Virus record (IMG/VR): IMGVR_UViG_3300025120_010521 | Origin: a virus | Lineage: Duplodnaviria; Caudoviricetes | DNA length: 64,000 nt | Strand: one strand, 5' to 3' | Shown: positions 48,490-57,461 of the stretch, piece by piece | Layout: each line of letters opens with the position of its first letter | Position numbering within the stretch: the stretch's first letter is position 1 | The notes under the pieces: generated by a model | What the model saw: only the letters and a program-made list of their open reading frames with translations | Databases searched by the model: none | Told to the model about the DNA's origin: nothing | Position numbers and translations under genes: made by a program

Positions 48490-49002
48490 CTATATAGCCC
48501 ACCACTCTTCCCATGGATATACTATCCATTGAGGATGGTCGATTTTATTGATGAACTTTGATACATAATCAACATCACCAAATTTGCTTGGTTCATTTTC
48601 AACCAATACTGCAAATCTTATATTGTCTTCCCAATTAATTTCTGACTTGTTGTTTTTAATAATTTTACCACTGTTATTCCAATCTTGTTTAATCCAAGAT
48701 AATGTTTCACCGGTATCGTTAATGTCGTCAACGATTAAAATCTTTTTACCATCAAGGGCATCTTGGGCCATCCACTTATTTGATTCTGGTTGAACAGCAT
48801 GATCTCGTAATTTAATTTCTAATGTATGCATTGGCACTTCAAAGTAATGACTTATCATTGTTGCAGGAATTAATCCACCTCGTGTTAATCCTACTATGTA
48901 GTCTGGTTTAAATCCATCACCGTCAACTGCAATTTGTTGGATAACATCTGATGTCATATCTTCAATGTCTTGCCAACTATAATAAATTTTTTTATCTGCC
49001 AT
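48490..49002 (-). CDS. type I (purine-type) phosphoribosyltransferase
   Basis: VGLTRGGLIP, LIVDDINDTGET, WIVYPWE. Confidence 0.9.
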   Translation of the reverse strand: MADKKIYYSWQDIEDMTSDVIQQIAVDGDGFKPDYIVGLTRGGLIPATMISHYFEVPMHTLEIKLRDHAVQPESNKWMAQDALDGKKILIVDDINDTGETLSWIKQDWNNSGKIIKNNKSEINWEDNIRFAVLVENEPSKFGDVDYVSKFINKIDHPQWIVYPWEEWWAI

Positions 49003-49405
49003 CTGTTACCCTTTTCCTTAAATCTGTAGTGCTGAATCTGTGATCTCTTGTATTAAAATACAGTTCAATACCACGTTGGTTACAAGCATCTTTGCCTGTA
49101 AAATCTTTTTCTTTATATTCTTTACCTAATATTCTAACATCAATTGGTAAAGTTTGCAAGATATCAATTACATCTTTTTCTGTTTGATAAGGAACTACTT
49201 CGTCTATATATTCAACTGCTTTTAATTGTAGATACCTTTCAAACATTGTTTGAATTGGTTTATTTTTAGTATCTGGCCTATCAATTGTTGGATCGCTTTG
49301 TAGACCAACAATTAAATAATCACATTGACCTTTTGCTTCACGCAACATAGAAATATGACCTGCATGTAACAAGTCAAATGTACTAAATGTTATTCCTACT
49401 TTCAT
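48992..49405 (-). CDS. cytidylyltransferase (TagD-like)
   Basis: TFDLLHAGH (HxGH), RDHRFSTT. Confidence 0.88.
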   Translation of the reverse strand: MKVGITFSTFDLLHAGHISMLREAKGQCDYLIVGLQSDPTIDRPDTKNKPIQTMFERYLQLKAVEYIDEVVPYQTEKDVIDILQTLPIDVRILGKEYKEKDFTGKDACNQRGIELYFNTRDHRFSTTDLRKRVTDGR

Positions 49406-50180
49406 CTTTTACCTTATTATTTTTTACTGCTTGATTTAAATGAAGCCAAAAATTATTATATTCTACTGCTTCTTTTATCACAGACAATCCAACTTCATTG
49501 TTGTTTGCTGTTGTAACTAATGCATTTGTATCTTTTGGAAAACAATGTCCGCCAAAACCTCTTTCATCAGTTATGTAACTGTGGCTTTCACCTATTCGCA
49601 TATCATCTGCTACACATTCTCTCACTTTGTCAAAATTAAGATTAAGTTTTGAACACAGATCATACATTTGATTAAAGAAAGAAACTTTTGTTGCTAAGAA
49701 ACTATTTCTAAAATATTTTGATAGAATTAATTCTTCAGCACTTGCTAATTTAAATTTTAAATTTTTATTGTTGTTTGAAAAAAGTTTACTCCAAAATTCC
49801 CAGTTATCTACACTAAAATACATTGTTGTTTGTTTGTTAAAGTCTTCTATGGCTGTTTTTGCTCTCAAAAACTCTGGACTAAACGTTATGCCTTTGTTAG
49901 GATACTTTTGTTTAAGTTGTTGCCAACCTTCTAAACTAATTGTGCTTTTAATTAATATTGGCTTATCATTTGATTCATCAATGCAATCAAATACATTTTG
50001 CATATCACAAGCACCATCTTGTCTTTGTGGGGTTGATACACAAATTATTAATGCATCGTAATCTGCATCTTTAATAGTTTTATTATTGTATGCTGGATCA
50101 ACTATTGTTATTGAGTGCTCTGATAATGCTTGTTCAATTGCTTTACCAACGTACCCATATCCTGCTATAATTATTTTCAT
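49383..50180 (-). CDS. UDP-glucose/GDP-mannose dehydrogenase family; start moved to 50180
   Basis: GYGYVG, PEFLR, KYFRNSFLATK, GFGGHCFPKD. Confidence 0.88.
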   Translation of the reverse strand: MKIIIAGYGYVGKAIEQALSEHSITIVDPAYNNKTIKDADYDALIICVSTPQRQDGACDMQNVFDCIDESNDKPILIKSTISLEGWQQLKQKYPNKGITFSPEFLRAKTAIEDFNKQTTMYFSVDNWEFWSKLFSNNNKNLKFKLASAEELILSKYFRNSFLATKVSFFNQMYDLCSKLNLNFDKVRECVADDMRIGESHSYITDERGFGGHCFPKDTNALVTTANNNEVGLSVIKEAVEYNNFWLHLNQAVKNNKVKDESRNNI

Positions 50181-50464
50181 CACAATATAAACAATTGTAC
50201 TAGTGCTATTGCATTCATTATTGTAAACCAACCACATAGTATTATAACAAATGCCGCTTTACGTATAACTGCACTAATTACTCCTAATGCTGATCCAACA
50301 AAATACATTGGTATAAACAATTTAGTTGCAGGATCTAAAATTGTAAATGTTAATATTGCACTTGCTGTAATTAACAAAATTGCTTCAACCATTTCACACC
50401 AAAATGCAAGTGGTGAAAAAGTATAACTATCTTTTATAAATTTTTTAACTTTTATCATATCCAT
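50180..50464 (-). CDS. small membrane protein
   Basis: 3 hydrophobic segments. Confidence 0.6.
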   Translation of the reverse strand: MDMIKVKKFIKDSYTFSPLAFWCEMVEAILLITASAILTFTILDPATKLFIPMYFVGSALGVISAVIRKAAFVIILCGWFTIMNAIALVQLFIL

Positions 50465-50739
50465 GTCAACTTAAATAGTGTATCAATTTTCTTATCAAAT
50501 ATTTGTACAGTGATGTGTCCTGTAAGATCATCTGTTAAATCATTATGCGAATATTTCTTAAAACTGTATTTCTTTGCTGGCACACTATTATTTTTAAACC
50601 AATTAGTATACTTTTCTAATTTATTTGCTATTTGCATATCTTCCCAAACTTCATAATCAACACTATCAATAGGATGAAAAGTAAATAAGATGTGTTCACT
50701 ACGGTATGTTTTCCTTGCTGTATTAATCATTATACTCAA
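50455..50739 (-). CDS. hypothetical protein
   Basis: 94-aa ORF. Confidence 0.55.
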   Translation of the reverse strand: MSIMINTARKTYRSEHILFTFHPIDSVDYEVWEDMQIANKLEKYTNWFKNNSVPAKKYSFKKYSHNDLTDDLTGHITVQIFDKKIDTLFKLTWI

Positions 50740-50741
50740 CT

Positions 50742-51428
50742 CTACCTTGGAGCAAATTCTTGTTGTAATTTAATATTGTCCATAAACTCTTTTTTAGTTC
50801 CTTCAATATTTTTAAAATCACCTCTTAACACTGTGGTTTGTGTTAAACTACTGTGTGCTTTAATACCTCTGTTTTCACAGCAACCATGTGTTGCTTGTAC
50901 ATACACACCAACGTGTTCACTGCCTGTTTGCTTTTGAATTGCGTTAGCAATCATAACATTAAGTTCTTCTTGTAGTGTTCCACGTTTTGCACACCATTGT
51001 GCAATTCTTGTGTACTTGCTTAAACCTAATAGTTTAGGACCAGCAATGATACCAATGTATGCTACACCAGACACTGGCTGGTGATGATGTGAACAAACAC
51101 TTTTAAGTTCACTTCTTACAACAAGCATACCTTCATATCCATTTTCAATGTAGTTAGGAAATGCACTTGGATTAGGCATGTCTTCATATCTGCCACTCAT
51201 GATTTCGTTGATGTACATTTTTGCCATACGCCTTGCAGTATCTTTGCTGTTAGGATCTGTTTCAGTATCTATTAGTAAACTTTGTAGTACATTTTCAAAA
51301 GCAGGAACTGCCTCATCAATTAGTTGTTGTTTTTCACCTGGCTCAATATATTTAGAGATATTATCATTAGCCCAGTATCTTGTGTTGTTATCTTTTAGTC
51401 TCTGTAGAATTTTATCTTTTATTTTCAT
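50742..51428 (-). CDS. folE: GTP cyclohydrolase I; likely start 51428
   Basis: TARRMAKMY, CSHHHQP, GLSK..RI, RGTLQE, HGC...RG. Confidence 0.95.
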   Translation of the reverse strand: MKIKDKILQRLKDNNTRYWANDNISKYIEPGEKQQLIDEAVPAFENVLQSLLIDTETDPNSKDTARRMAKMYINEIMSGRYEDMPNPSAFPNYIENGYEGMLVVRSELKSVCSHHHQPVSGVAYIGIIAGPKLLGLSKYTRIAQWCAKRGTLQEELNVMIANAIQKQTGSEHVGVYVQATHGCCENRGIKAHSSLTQTTVLRGDFKNIEGTKKEFMDNIKLQQEFAPR

Positions 51429-51434
51429 TACCAT

Positions 51435-51461
51435 TCTCCGATGTTAAGGCAGTGGATTGCC
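51435..51461 (-). promoter_or_regulatory. candidate compact H-type pseudoknot / riboswitch in the folE leader
   Basis: GGCA-AUCCAC-UGCC-UUAACAU-CGGAGA; loop UCC can pair with the SD GGA. Confidence 0.45.
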
Positions 51462-51511
51462 GTTAATATTTCTTATTATAACAATTTTGTTTTGAAAATG
51501 CAAGTATTTTT

Positions 51512-51844
51512 TTAATGGTAAGAATAGTTAGCCATTGGATAGTAAATCCCATTATGATTCATTCCAAGTCTATCTTCATAGTCATCACTAATATCTGCTA
51601 TTTCAAAATATTGTCTTTTATGATGATATTCAGGTTCATGGCCAAATAATTCTAATATTTCTGCCATACTAACGTAACGTACACCTTTTTTTATTTTTTC
51701 TTTAAAGTATGTCGATAGAGAATCCATTACCTCTTGCTCTTGCCAATCAATTACGTCTGGTAATTTCATTCCGGAATCAATCTCAAACTGTAAGTGAGAT
51801 TTTCCTATTTTTTTCTTTGGTTTCTTTATTTTCTTGTTTGCCAT
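51512..51844 (-). CDS. hypothetical protein
   Basis: 110-aa ORF overlapping the glycosyltransferase end. Confidence 0.55.
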   Translation of the reverse strand: MANKKIKKPKKKIGKSHLQFEIDSGMKLPDVIDWQEQEVMDSLSTYFKEKIKKGVRYVSMAEILELFGHEPEYHHKRQYFEIADISDDYEDRLGMNHNGIYYPMANYSYH

Positions 51845-52907
51845 AATTACTAATAGTATTTACTAAATTATTTGCAGAGAAATACGTATCAGTTAATTTT
51901 TGCTCTAAATCTTTTAATTTTGGCAACTTATTATCATAATTCTGCATATCATTTTTAATCATATCAACTAGCTTATATTTGTGTATTTCATAACTGGCAT
52001 AAGAACTAGTCCAAGTTGGATCATATTTCCAAATATCATCATACATTTCCGTATAACTTAATCTATCAGGAACTAATGGCATTGCACCAACTAGTATTCC
52101 TTCGTATGGTGATATACCTAATGTTTCTTGTGTATTTGCTGAGAACACCATTTTTGCTTCTCCAAGTAAAGTATGATATTCATCTTTAGTTAATTGTTCA
52201 TCTTGACACACAATAAATTCATACTGTGGTAAATGTTTTGCTAGGTCTCTAAATATTTGTGGTTGTTTTTCAGGAGCAATTCTATGTGGAAATAAAATTA
52301 AATCACGTTTTTTCATTCCATTATATTTTTTAAGAGTATCTTTCATATACTCCATTGGCCATCCACTTTGTATAATTTTATCATTTACACTACGGACTTT
52401 ATGTGATTTGCCAAATAATCTTACGTGAAATTCTGTTGCAAAATAGTTGTGGTCAAAACATTCAAACATTGATCTTTCTGCATGTCTTACCCATGGAGCA
52501 TCTCCAATCAATCTACCTAAAAAGTCTGCTGGATCATATGAGCCGGCATGCCATAGACCATGTGTGATAACTTTGATTCCAAGTAGTTCAGACATATACT
52601 TAACATTAATAATACCAGGATGCCAAGCATCAGTAAAAATAATATGGTCGCCATCTTTAACTTCGCCTTCAGTAAAGGCTCGTGATAGTTTTTCCATTTG
52701 TGTTGATTTATAAATATTTGTTCCACCAAAGTTTAAAAAAGCACCTGGTGTTGTTGCAGGTGGAATATCGTCAGCACCGTCAATAACTCTAACTAAAAAT
52801 CCTTCATCATTTAATAATTTAGGAACGTGTGTTTTCCACTGACAAGTATATCTTGTTTCTACTGATTCTAAATCTACTATCCAAACTTTTTGTATATCTA
52901 TTTTCAT
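51783..52907 (-). CDS. GT-B glycosyltransferase (GT4-like, resembling the QTMAN/GTDC1-DUF3524 group)
   Basis: FPHRIAPEKQP, ETLGISPYE (EX7E), GAMPLVPDRLSYTEM. Confidence 0.8.
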   Translation of the reverse strand: MKIDIQKVWIVDLESVETRYTCQWKTHVPKLLNDEGFLVRVIDGADDIPPATTPGAFLNFGGTNIYKSTQMEKLSRAFTEGEVKDGDHIIFTDAWHPGIINVKYMSELLGIKVITHGLWHAGSYDPADFLGRLIGDAPWVRHAERSMFECFDHNYFATEFHVRLFGKSHKVRSVNDKIIQSGWPMEYMKDTLKKYNGMKKRDLILFPHRIAPEKQPQIFRDLAKHLPQYEFIVCQDEQLTKDEYHTLLGEAKMVFSANTQETLGISPYEGILVGAMPLVPDRLSYTEMYDDIWKYDPTWTSSYASYEIHKYKLVDMIKNDMQNYDNKLPKLKDLEQKLTDTYFSANNLVNTISNYGKQENKETKEKNRKISLTV

Positions 52908-52940
52908 TATTTGTTTATTATATACGATTTATTAAAAATG

Positions 52941-53279
52941 TCAATCTTTTTTAGGAGTAACATCTTTAACAACTTGCATGAATTGTTGGTATTGCTGTGG
53001 ATAATGTTTATTAACATGATCTAACATTCCTTGGACTGTTACATCATCACCGCCTGTACTATCTTTTAAAACTTTCCAGTTATCATAATCAATTATAACT
53101 GTTGATGAATCCCAATGCTTTGGTCTTAACTTATCAACAAAGTAAACATACTCTTGCACTCTCCATTTTCCTTCTGTGCCAAAGTTTTTCATTGATGTAT
53201 TAGCCCCTGGGGCCGGCATGTATGTGTGTTGGAATACTATAAAGTGACCTTTTTTAGTGCTCATATAGTTATTTACCAC
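52941..53279 (-). CDS. hypothetical protein
   Basis: 112-aa ORF. Confidence 0.55.
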   Translation of the reverse strand: MVNNYMSTKKGHFIVFQHTYMPAPGANTSMKNFGTEGKWRVQEYVYFVDKLRPKHWDSSTVIIDYDNWKVLKDSTGGDDVTVQGMLDHVNKHYPQQYQQFMQVVKDVTPKKD

Positions 53280-54195
53280 GAATCATTTCTAGTTCTACCA
53301 TTGTAGCCGCTAGATTGATTTCTGGGTCAACAACCACTGCATGATTAACAATACCTTCACGTATTGCCAACAATGCTCTGTTTTGTTTTTCTTCTGTGTC
53401 ACCAAACCATTCAAGATTTTCATACATTTTACGATAAATTTTTTCATATGAATTAGAATCTGCATTTTCAACAATGTACTTTCTTGCTTTCTCAATGTCA
53501 CCGTTTTGGAACATAGCAACATAAGTAATCTCCATATTGCCTTCTGTAAGATCACCATCTTGTGGTTTTTCTAATTTATTAGTTTGTGAATTCATTTGGC
53601 AAGTGTTAATACACTTTCTTAAATCTGGATAGTTTGCTTTAACATAGATATCAAGTGTATCCATATCAAATTCAACTTTTTCATTTGTAAGTATTTCGCC
53701 AACTCTTACTGCAAACATAGTTTGATCTAAACTTTTAATATGAAATCCTTGACAACGTGAATGTATTGCTGGAATAACTCTACGTTCATAATTACAAGTT
53801 AATAAAAATCTACAAGTTGATGCAAACGACTCCATTAGTCCACGCAATATTGCTTGACCGTTTTGTGTAATATAATCTGCTTCATCTAATAAAACATATT
53901 TAAAATCACCAAACGGCATTGTTTGAGCGAAGTTTGTAATTTTTTCACGCATAACATCTACTGAGTTTTCATTAGATGCATTTATTTCTAATACATCACC
54001 TTTATCAACTTCTAATTCATGTAACAATAATTTTGCAAGTGTAGTCTTACCTGTACCCGGATCACCACTAAACAATAGATGCGGAATAGCTTTAGAGTCT
54101 ATCCAACTTTGAACTTGTCGTTCTTGTTGCTCGTCTCTAAATACGTATTCTTTTACTTTTTTAGGTCTGTATTGTTCTACCCAAAGTTGTTTCAT
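53269..54195 (-). CDS. clamp loader AAA+ subunit (RFC small / gp44-like)
   Basis: WVEQYRP, GDPGTGKT, EINAS, LDEAD, STC, SRC. Confidence 0.92.
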   Translation of the reverse strand: MKQLWVEQYRPKKVKEYVFRDEQQERQVQSWIDSKAIPHLLFSGDPGTGKTTLAKLLLHELEVDKGDVLEINASNENSVDVMREKITNFAQTMPFGDFKYVLLDEADYITQNGQAILRGLMESFASTCRFLLTCNYERRVIPAIHSRCQGFHIKSLDQTMFAVRVGEILTNEKVEFDMDTLDIYVKANYPDLRKCINTCQMNSQTNKLEKPQDGDLTEGNMEITYVAMFQNGDIEKARKYIVENADSNSYEKIYRKMYENLEWFGDTEEKQNRALLAIREGIVNHAVVVDPEINLAATMVELEMIRGK

Positions 54196-54362
54196 TTTTT
54201 ATTCCCGCCAAATAAGTTTTTTACTGTTTCAATTGGTTTTTGCAGATGGTTATATACTGCCCATATTCTTTCAATATGCCCATCAAGTTTATTGTTGAGT
54301 TCATGAATTTGTTTCTTAATATCTGCAACATCTTTTTTTATTTTTTTTATATCATCTGACAT
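54192..54362 (-). CDS. small coiled-coil protein, 56 aa (not in ORF track)
   Basis: MSDDIKKIKKDVADIKKQIHELNNKLDGHIERIWAVY...; ATGA-coupled to the clamp loader. Confidence 0.55.
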   Translation of the reverse strand: MSDDIKKIKKDVADIKKQIHELNNKLDGHIERIWAVYNHLQKPIETVKNLFGGNKK

Positions 54363-54403
54363 TATGCTTTATTATAGTATAAATTGTATATTTTGTCAAA
54401 TGT

Positions 54404-54760
54404 TTAAAATGTAGCAACGCCGCCGTCCTGAAGATCATCTGGTTTGTCATTAGATTTACCAAGAATGCCTTTTGGGTCAGCAACACGAAGATCAAACTCT
54501 TCTCCATCATCTTCAACTTGCACGCCTTTTGTCCAACGACCATGTTCCATTAATACATAATCACCAGGTTGTACCCAATCAATTTCAGGACCAACAGCAT
54601 ATACTTCTGCCCAACGTGGTCTAATTCCATGTCCGCCATCTGAAATTTTATCTGCAGATGGAAGTATAATTCCACCTTTGGATTTCCGCATACCTTGATC
54701 AATACTTTTAACCAAGATTTTATTTCTCAAAGGACGTATTTTACCTTTTGTTACGTGCAT
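54404..54760 (-). CDS. groES: GroES-like co-chaperonin
   Basis: IRPLRNKILV, KSKGGIILP, AVGP. Confidence 0.88.
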   Translation of the reverse strand: MHVTKGKIRPLRNKILVKSIDQGMRKSKGGIILPSADKISDGGHGIRPRWAEVYAVGPEIDWVQPGDYVLMEHGRWTKGVQVEDDGEEFDLRVADPKGILGKSNDKPDDLQDGGVATF

Positions 54761-54763
54761 ATT

Positions 54764-55135
54764 TTACTCTTCTGTTTCTTGTACTAATTCAATATCACCA
54801 TTTGGCAATTCAACTTCTTTCATTTTTGGTTGTTTTGCTTTTGGCTTTGCTGTCTTTTGTGTTTTTGGTTTTTCAGTTACAGGTTGTTCCATTGTTTTTG
54901 TTGCTGAAACATCAACTGCATCTTTAATACTTACAGTTTTTACAGCCGCTTTAGGATTATTTTGATAGTATGCTTGAGCTTGTTCAGTTTTTGTTTTTAC
55001 AACATTACCTTTAGTGTCTAATTGATCACCTCTAGCATTAACTTTCATGTTACCTACTGCTACTGCTTCTTCATTTGTTAATACAAGACTCGACATATCA
55101 ATTGCCTGTCCTCTATTTGATTTTTTAATTGACAT
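54764..55135 (-). CDS. hypothetical protein
   Basis: 123-aa ORF. Confidence 0.6.
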   Translation of the reverse strand: MSIKKSNRGQAIDMSSLVLTNEEAVAVGNMKVNARGDQLDTKGNVVKTKTEQAQAYYQNNPKAAVKTVSIKDAVDVSATKTMEQPVTEKPKTQKTAKPKAKQPKMKEVELPNGDIELVQETEE

Positions 55136-55154
55136 AAGTTATACTCCTATATAA

Positions 55155-55694
55155 TTATTTATCTTTCAAAAAGTCAGTAATATTTAGACCATATTTGATA
55201 GAATTTACTTTGTGTACCCCTAATAGATACAATATGTATGATGATACAGATGATCCTCTACCTACTCCCCATACAATTTTATTTTCTCTCATTGTGTCGA
55301 TTAAATATACTAAAAATCTTAATACATCTAGTATAGCAAATTTTTTGTATAAAATCAATTCTTCTTCAACTCTTATTTTTTCATTTGTGTCTTTAGCTAA
55401 ATTTCTAACATGTTCTTCAATATCCATATTTTTATAATTACTTGGCATGTACCAATCTGATTGTAATGCACGATCATAATCTTCAACTGGAATATCTATA
55501 TCAGTTAATTTTTTGATAGCTGGCCACTCTAATGATAAATCTTCTATAATAGAATTATACTTTTCAACTCTATCATCATTAACTCTAACCTTATCAATAT
55601 CATAACCTTGATATACCAATTCAATTAAATCATTGCAATTTACGATTGGTTCACCATATTGATTTGTGTTTGTAATACGACCTACTTCTGACAT
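55155..55694 (-). CDS. DnaE (Pol III alpha)-like fragment
   Basis: RVEEELILY, GVGRGSSVSSYILYLLGVHKVN.IKYGL resembles DnaE GPGRGSAAGSLV.Y.LGIT.DP. Confidence 0.7.
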   Translation of the reverse strand: MSEVGRITNTNQYGEPIVNCNDLIELVYQGYDIDKVRVNDDRVEKYNSIIEDLSLEWPAIKKLTDIDIPVEDYDRALQSDWYMPSNYKNMDIEEHVRNLAKDTNEKIRVEEELILYKKFAILDVLRFLVYLIDTMRENKIVWGVGRGSSVSSYILYLLGVHKVNSIKYGLNITDFLKDK

Positions 55695-55735
55695 AGTTGT
55701 ATAATATATTAAAATGTATTGATTGTCAAGATCTT

Positions 55736-56107
55736 TTAAGCTTCGCTAACTCGCTGATTCCACTTTTGTGTTAAGTTGCTTACCCAGTTTGTTTTAACTG
55801 CTTGTACACAGGCACCATATGTACATCCTGCTTTTTTGTATTTTTTGTACAATTTTTCTGCTTCTAGTATAATGCTTTGTTTTTCTAAATGTTTAGCATA
55901 TTGATCTTTAGACTTTTGATCTCTACGTCCGGCCAATTCTCTATAAAAGTTTTCATGTGCTGTCATGCTTCTAATTGTTTGCATATCAACAAATATAAAC
56001 TTACGTCTATCTCTTTTTATTGCATTTGTGATTTTTCGGCTTGGTCGTCCAGTCGTTCCACCATTGGAAGTTTTTTTTACTCCAGAACCTGAATTGCCTT
56101 TTGCCAT
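55736..56107 (-). CDS. hypothetical basic protein
   Basis: 123 aa; TAAATA 6 nt before ATG. Confidence 0.6.
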   Translation of the reverse strand: MAKGNSGSGVKKTSNGGTTGRPSRKITNAIKRDRRKFIFVDMQTIRSMTAHENFYRELAGRRDQKSKDQYAKHLEKQSIILEAEKLYKKYKKAGCTYGACVQAVKTNWVSNLTQKWNQRVSEA

Positions 56108-56132
56108 ATAATATATTTATGATATGTGTTAA

Positions 56133-56399
56133 TTAATCACCTATTGTGAAAGGTTTTTCGTCAAATCTTTCTAAATCTTGTTCTTTAGTTTGACGATCTC
56201 GCAATTCTTGTGTAAGAAATGCTAGTTGACGTTGCATCTGTTTGTGTGCTTCTGTATATCCACCACGTCTACCAACTTGATTAATTTTATTTTGAATTGA
56301 GTTAATCAACTTCATTAGTTGATCGTTATCTAAATCTGGTTGTTCAAAAACATTTTTAGGCACCAAAACTCTCCCCACATCCGCATGATGATGTTGCAT
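56133..56399 (-). CDS. hypothetical protein
   Basis: ORF in operon. Confidence 0.5.
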   Translation of the reverse strand: MQHHHADVGRVLVPKNVFEQPDLDNDQLMKLINSIQNKINQVGRRGGYTEAHKQMQRQLAFLTQELRDRQTKEQDLERFDEKPFTIGD

Positions 56400-56676
56400 T
56401 TGGATTTACAACATTTAAATATGATCCACCTAATTCTTCAACATAGTCAATTGTACAACCAAGTATGTACATTTCAGCAACTTTATCTATTAATAATGCT
56501 TTGCCTTCATTTAGTTCAAATTTAATTGTATCTTCAGCTTCTTCATCTGCGAAGTTCCATTCATACTTAAAACCTGCACATCCACCGCCTTTAACAGAAA
56601 AACGCACATATGGTTTATCTTTGCTTAATGCTGTGTTAGTTAAATATGATTTTGCTGTATCTGTTATGTTAATCAT
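56356..56676 (-). CDS. A-type Fe-S carrier (IscA/ErpA/HesB)
   Basis: GGGCAG, SCGCGESF. Confidence 0.92.
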   Translation of the reverse strand: MINITDTAKSYLTNTALSKDKPYVRFSVKGGGCAGFKYEWNFADEEAEDTIKFELNEGKALLIDKVAEMYILGCTIDYVEELGGSYLNVVNPNATSSCGCGESFGA

Positions 56677-57199
56677 TTGTAGTATTTATCTGTTTTTGCG
56701 ATCTAAGTCGTCTACGTTTTTTAGCTTGTTTTGATGTGCTTAACAGCCTATCATAGTTATCAAGTTGTCTTTGGTTTTCATTAAACCATGTTACATATTC
56801 AATTGCTCTTGTTTTTGCCGCTGGATTGTAAATTATATTTGTATAATAAGGATGATAAAGACTATCATTTTCATCTTGCATATATTTGATATAAATTTCA
56901 CCATCAATAACTGTAAAGTGTTTATCTTTTTTTATATAATAATCATTACCGCTTGGATAGTTGCGAACCTTAATGTGGTTTGGTGGTATTCTATCAATCC
57001 AATGCATTCGTGGAAACCAAGAACGTTTACCGTTCCAAGATACACACTCTGGTCTATCTTGTGTTACTTCCCATGCCATTACATAACAAGGATCGTTATC
57101 AATTTTACCTTGAGCTACAACTAGCTCGTCACCAAAGTTATTCTTGCGACCTGATCGCCACACAGTTTTTTCAATAGTGTAATTTTCAGGTCGCGACAT
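56669..57199 (-). CDS. hypothetical protein
   Basis: 176-aa ORF. Confidence 0.6.
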   Translation of the reverse strand: MSRPENYTIEKTVWRSGRKNNFGDELVVAQGKIDNDPCYVMAWEVTQDRPECVSWNGKRSWFPRMHWIDRIPPNHIKVRNYPSGNDYYIKKDKHFTVIDGEIYIKYMQDENDSLYHPYYTNIIYNPAAKTRAIEYVTWFNENQRQLDNYDRLLSTSKQAKKRRRLRSQKQINTTND

Positions 57200-57208
57200 T
57201 TTGAATCC

Positions 57209-57400
57209 TTAGGCACTCGCAGTTTCGGTAGTTTTTGCTTCTTGTATTTCTTTTCTTCTTACTTTTGCAAGTTTTGTGATTTCAGATAAGGCTTTTCTAG
57301 CTCTTGTGCCTGCCGCCTTATTACCTTTTTCAGAAAACTTATCATTGTTGTCTTTGTATTCTTCAAACAATGTTAATAATTGTTGACTTGTAGTACTCAT
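57209..57400 (-). CDS. histone H1-like (Hc1-type) small basic protein
   Basis: KFSEKGNKAAGTRARKALSEITKLAKVRRKEIQ. Confidence 0.75.
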   Translation of the reverse strand: MSTTSQQLLTLFEEYKDNNDKFSEKGNKAAGTRARKALSEITKLAKVRRKEIQEAKTTETASA

Positions 57401-57461
57401 AATTATTTCTCCTTAACTTTGTTATTTTAATATATTTTCTTGTCAAAGTCAATTAAATTCA

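Noticed and set aside
51435-51461. THF-II (folE motif) riboswitch or canonical preQ1-I
   Set aside because: Too short and does not match either consensus as I recall it; kept only as a novel candidate
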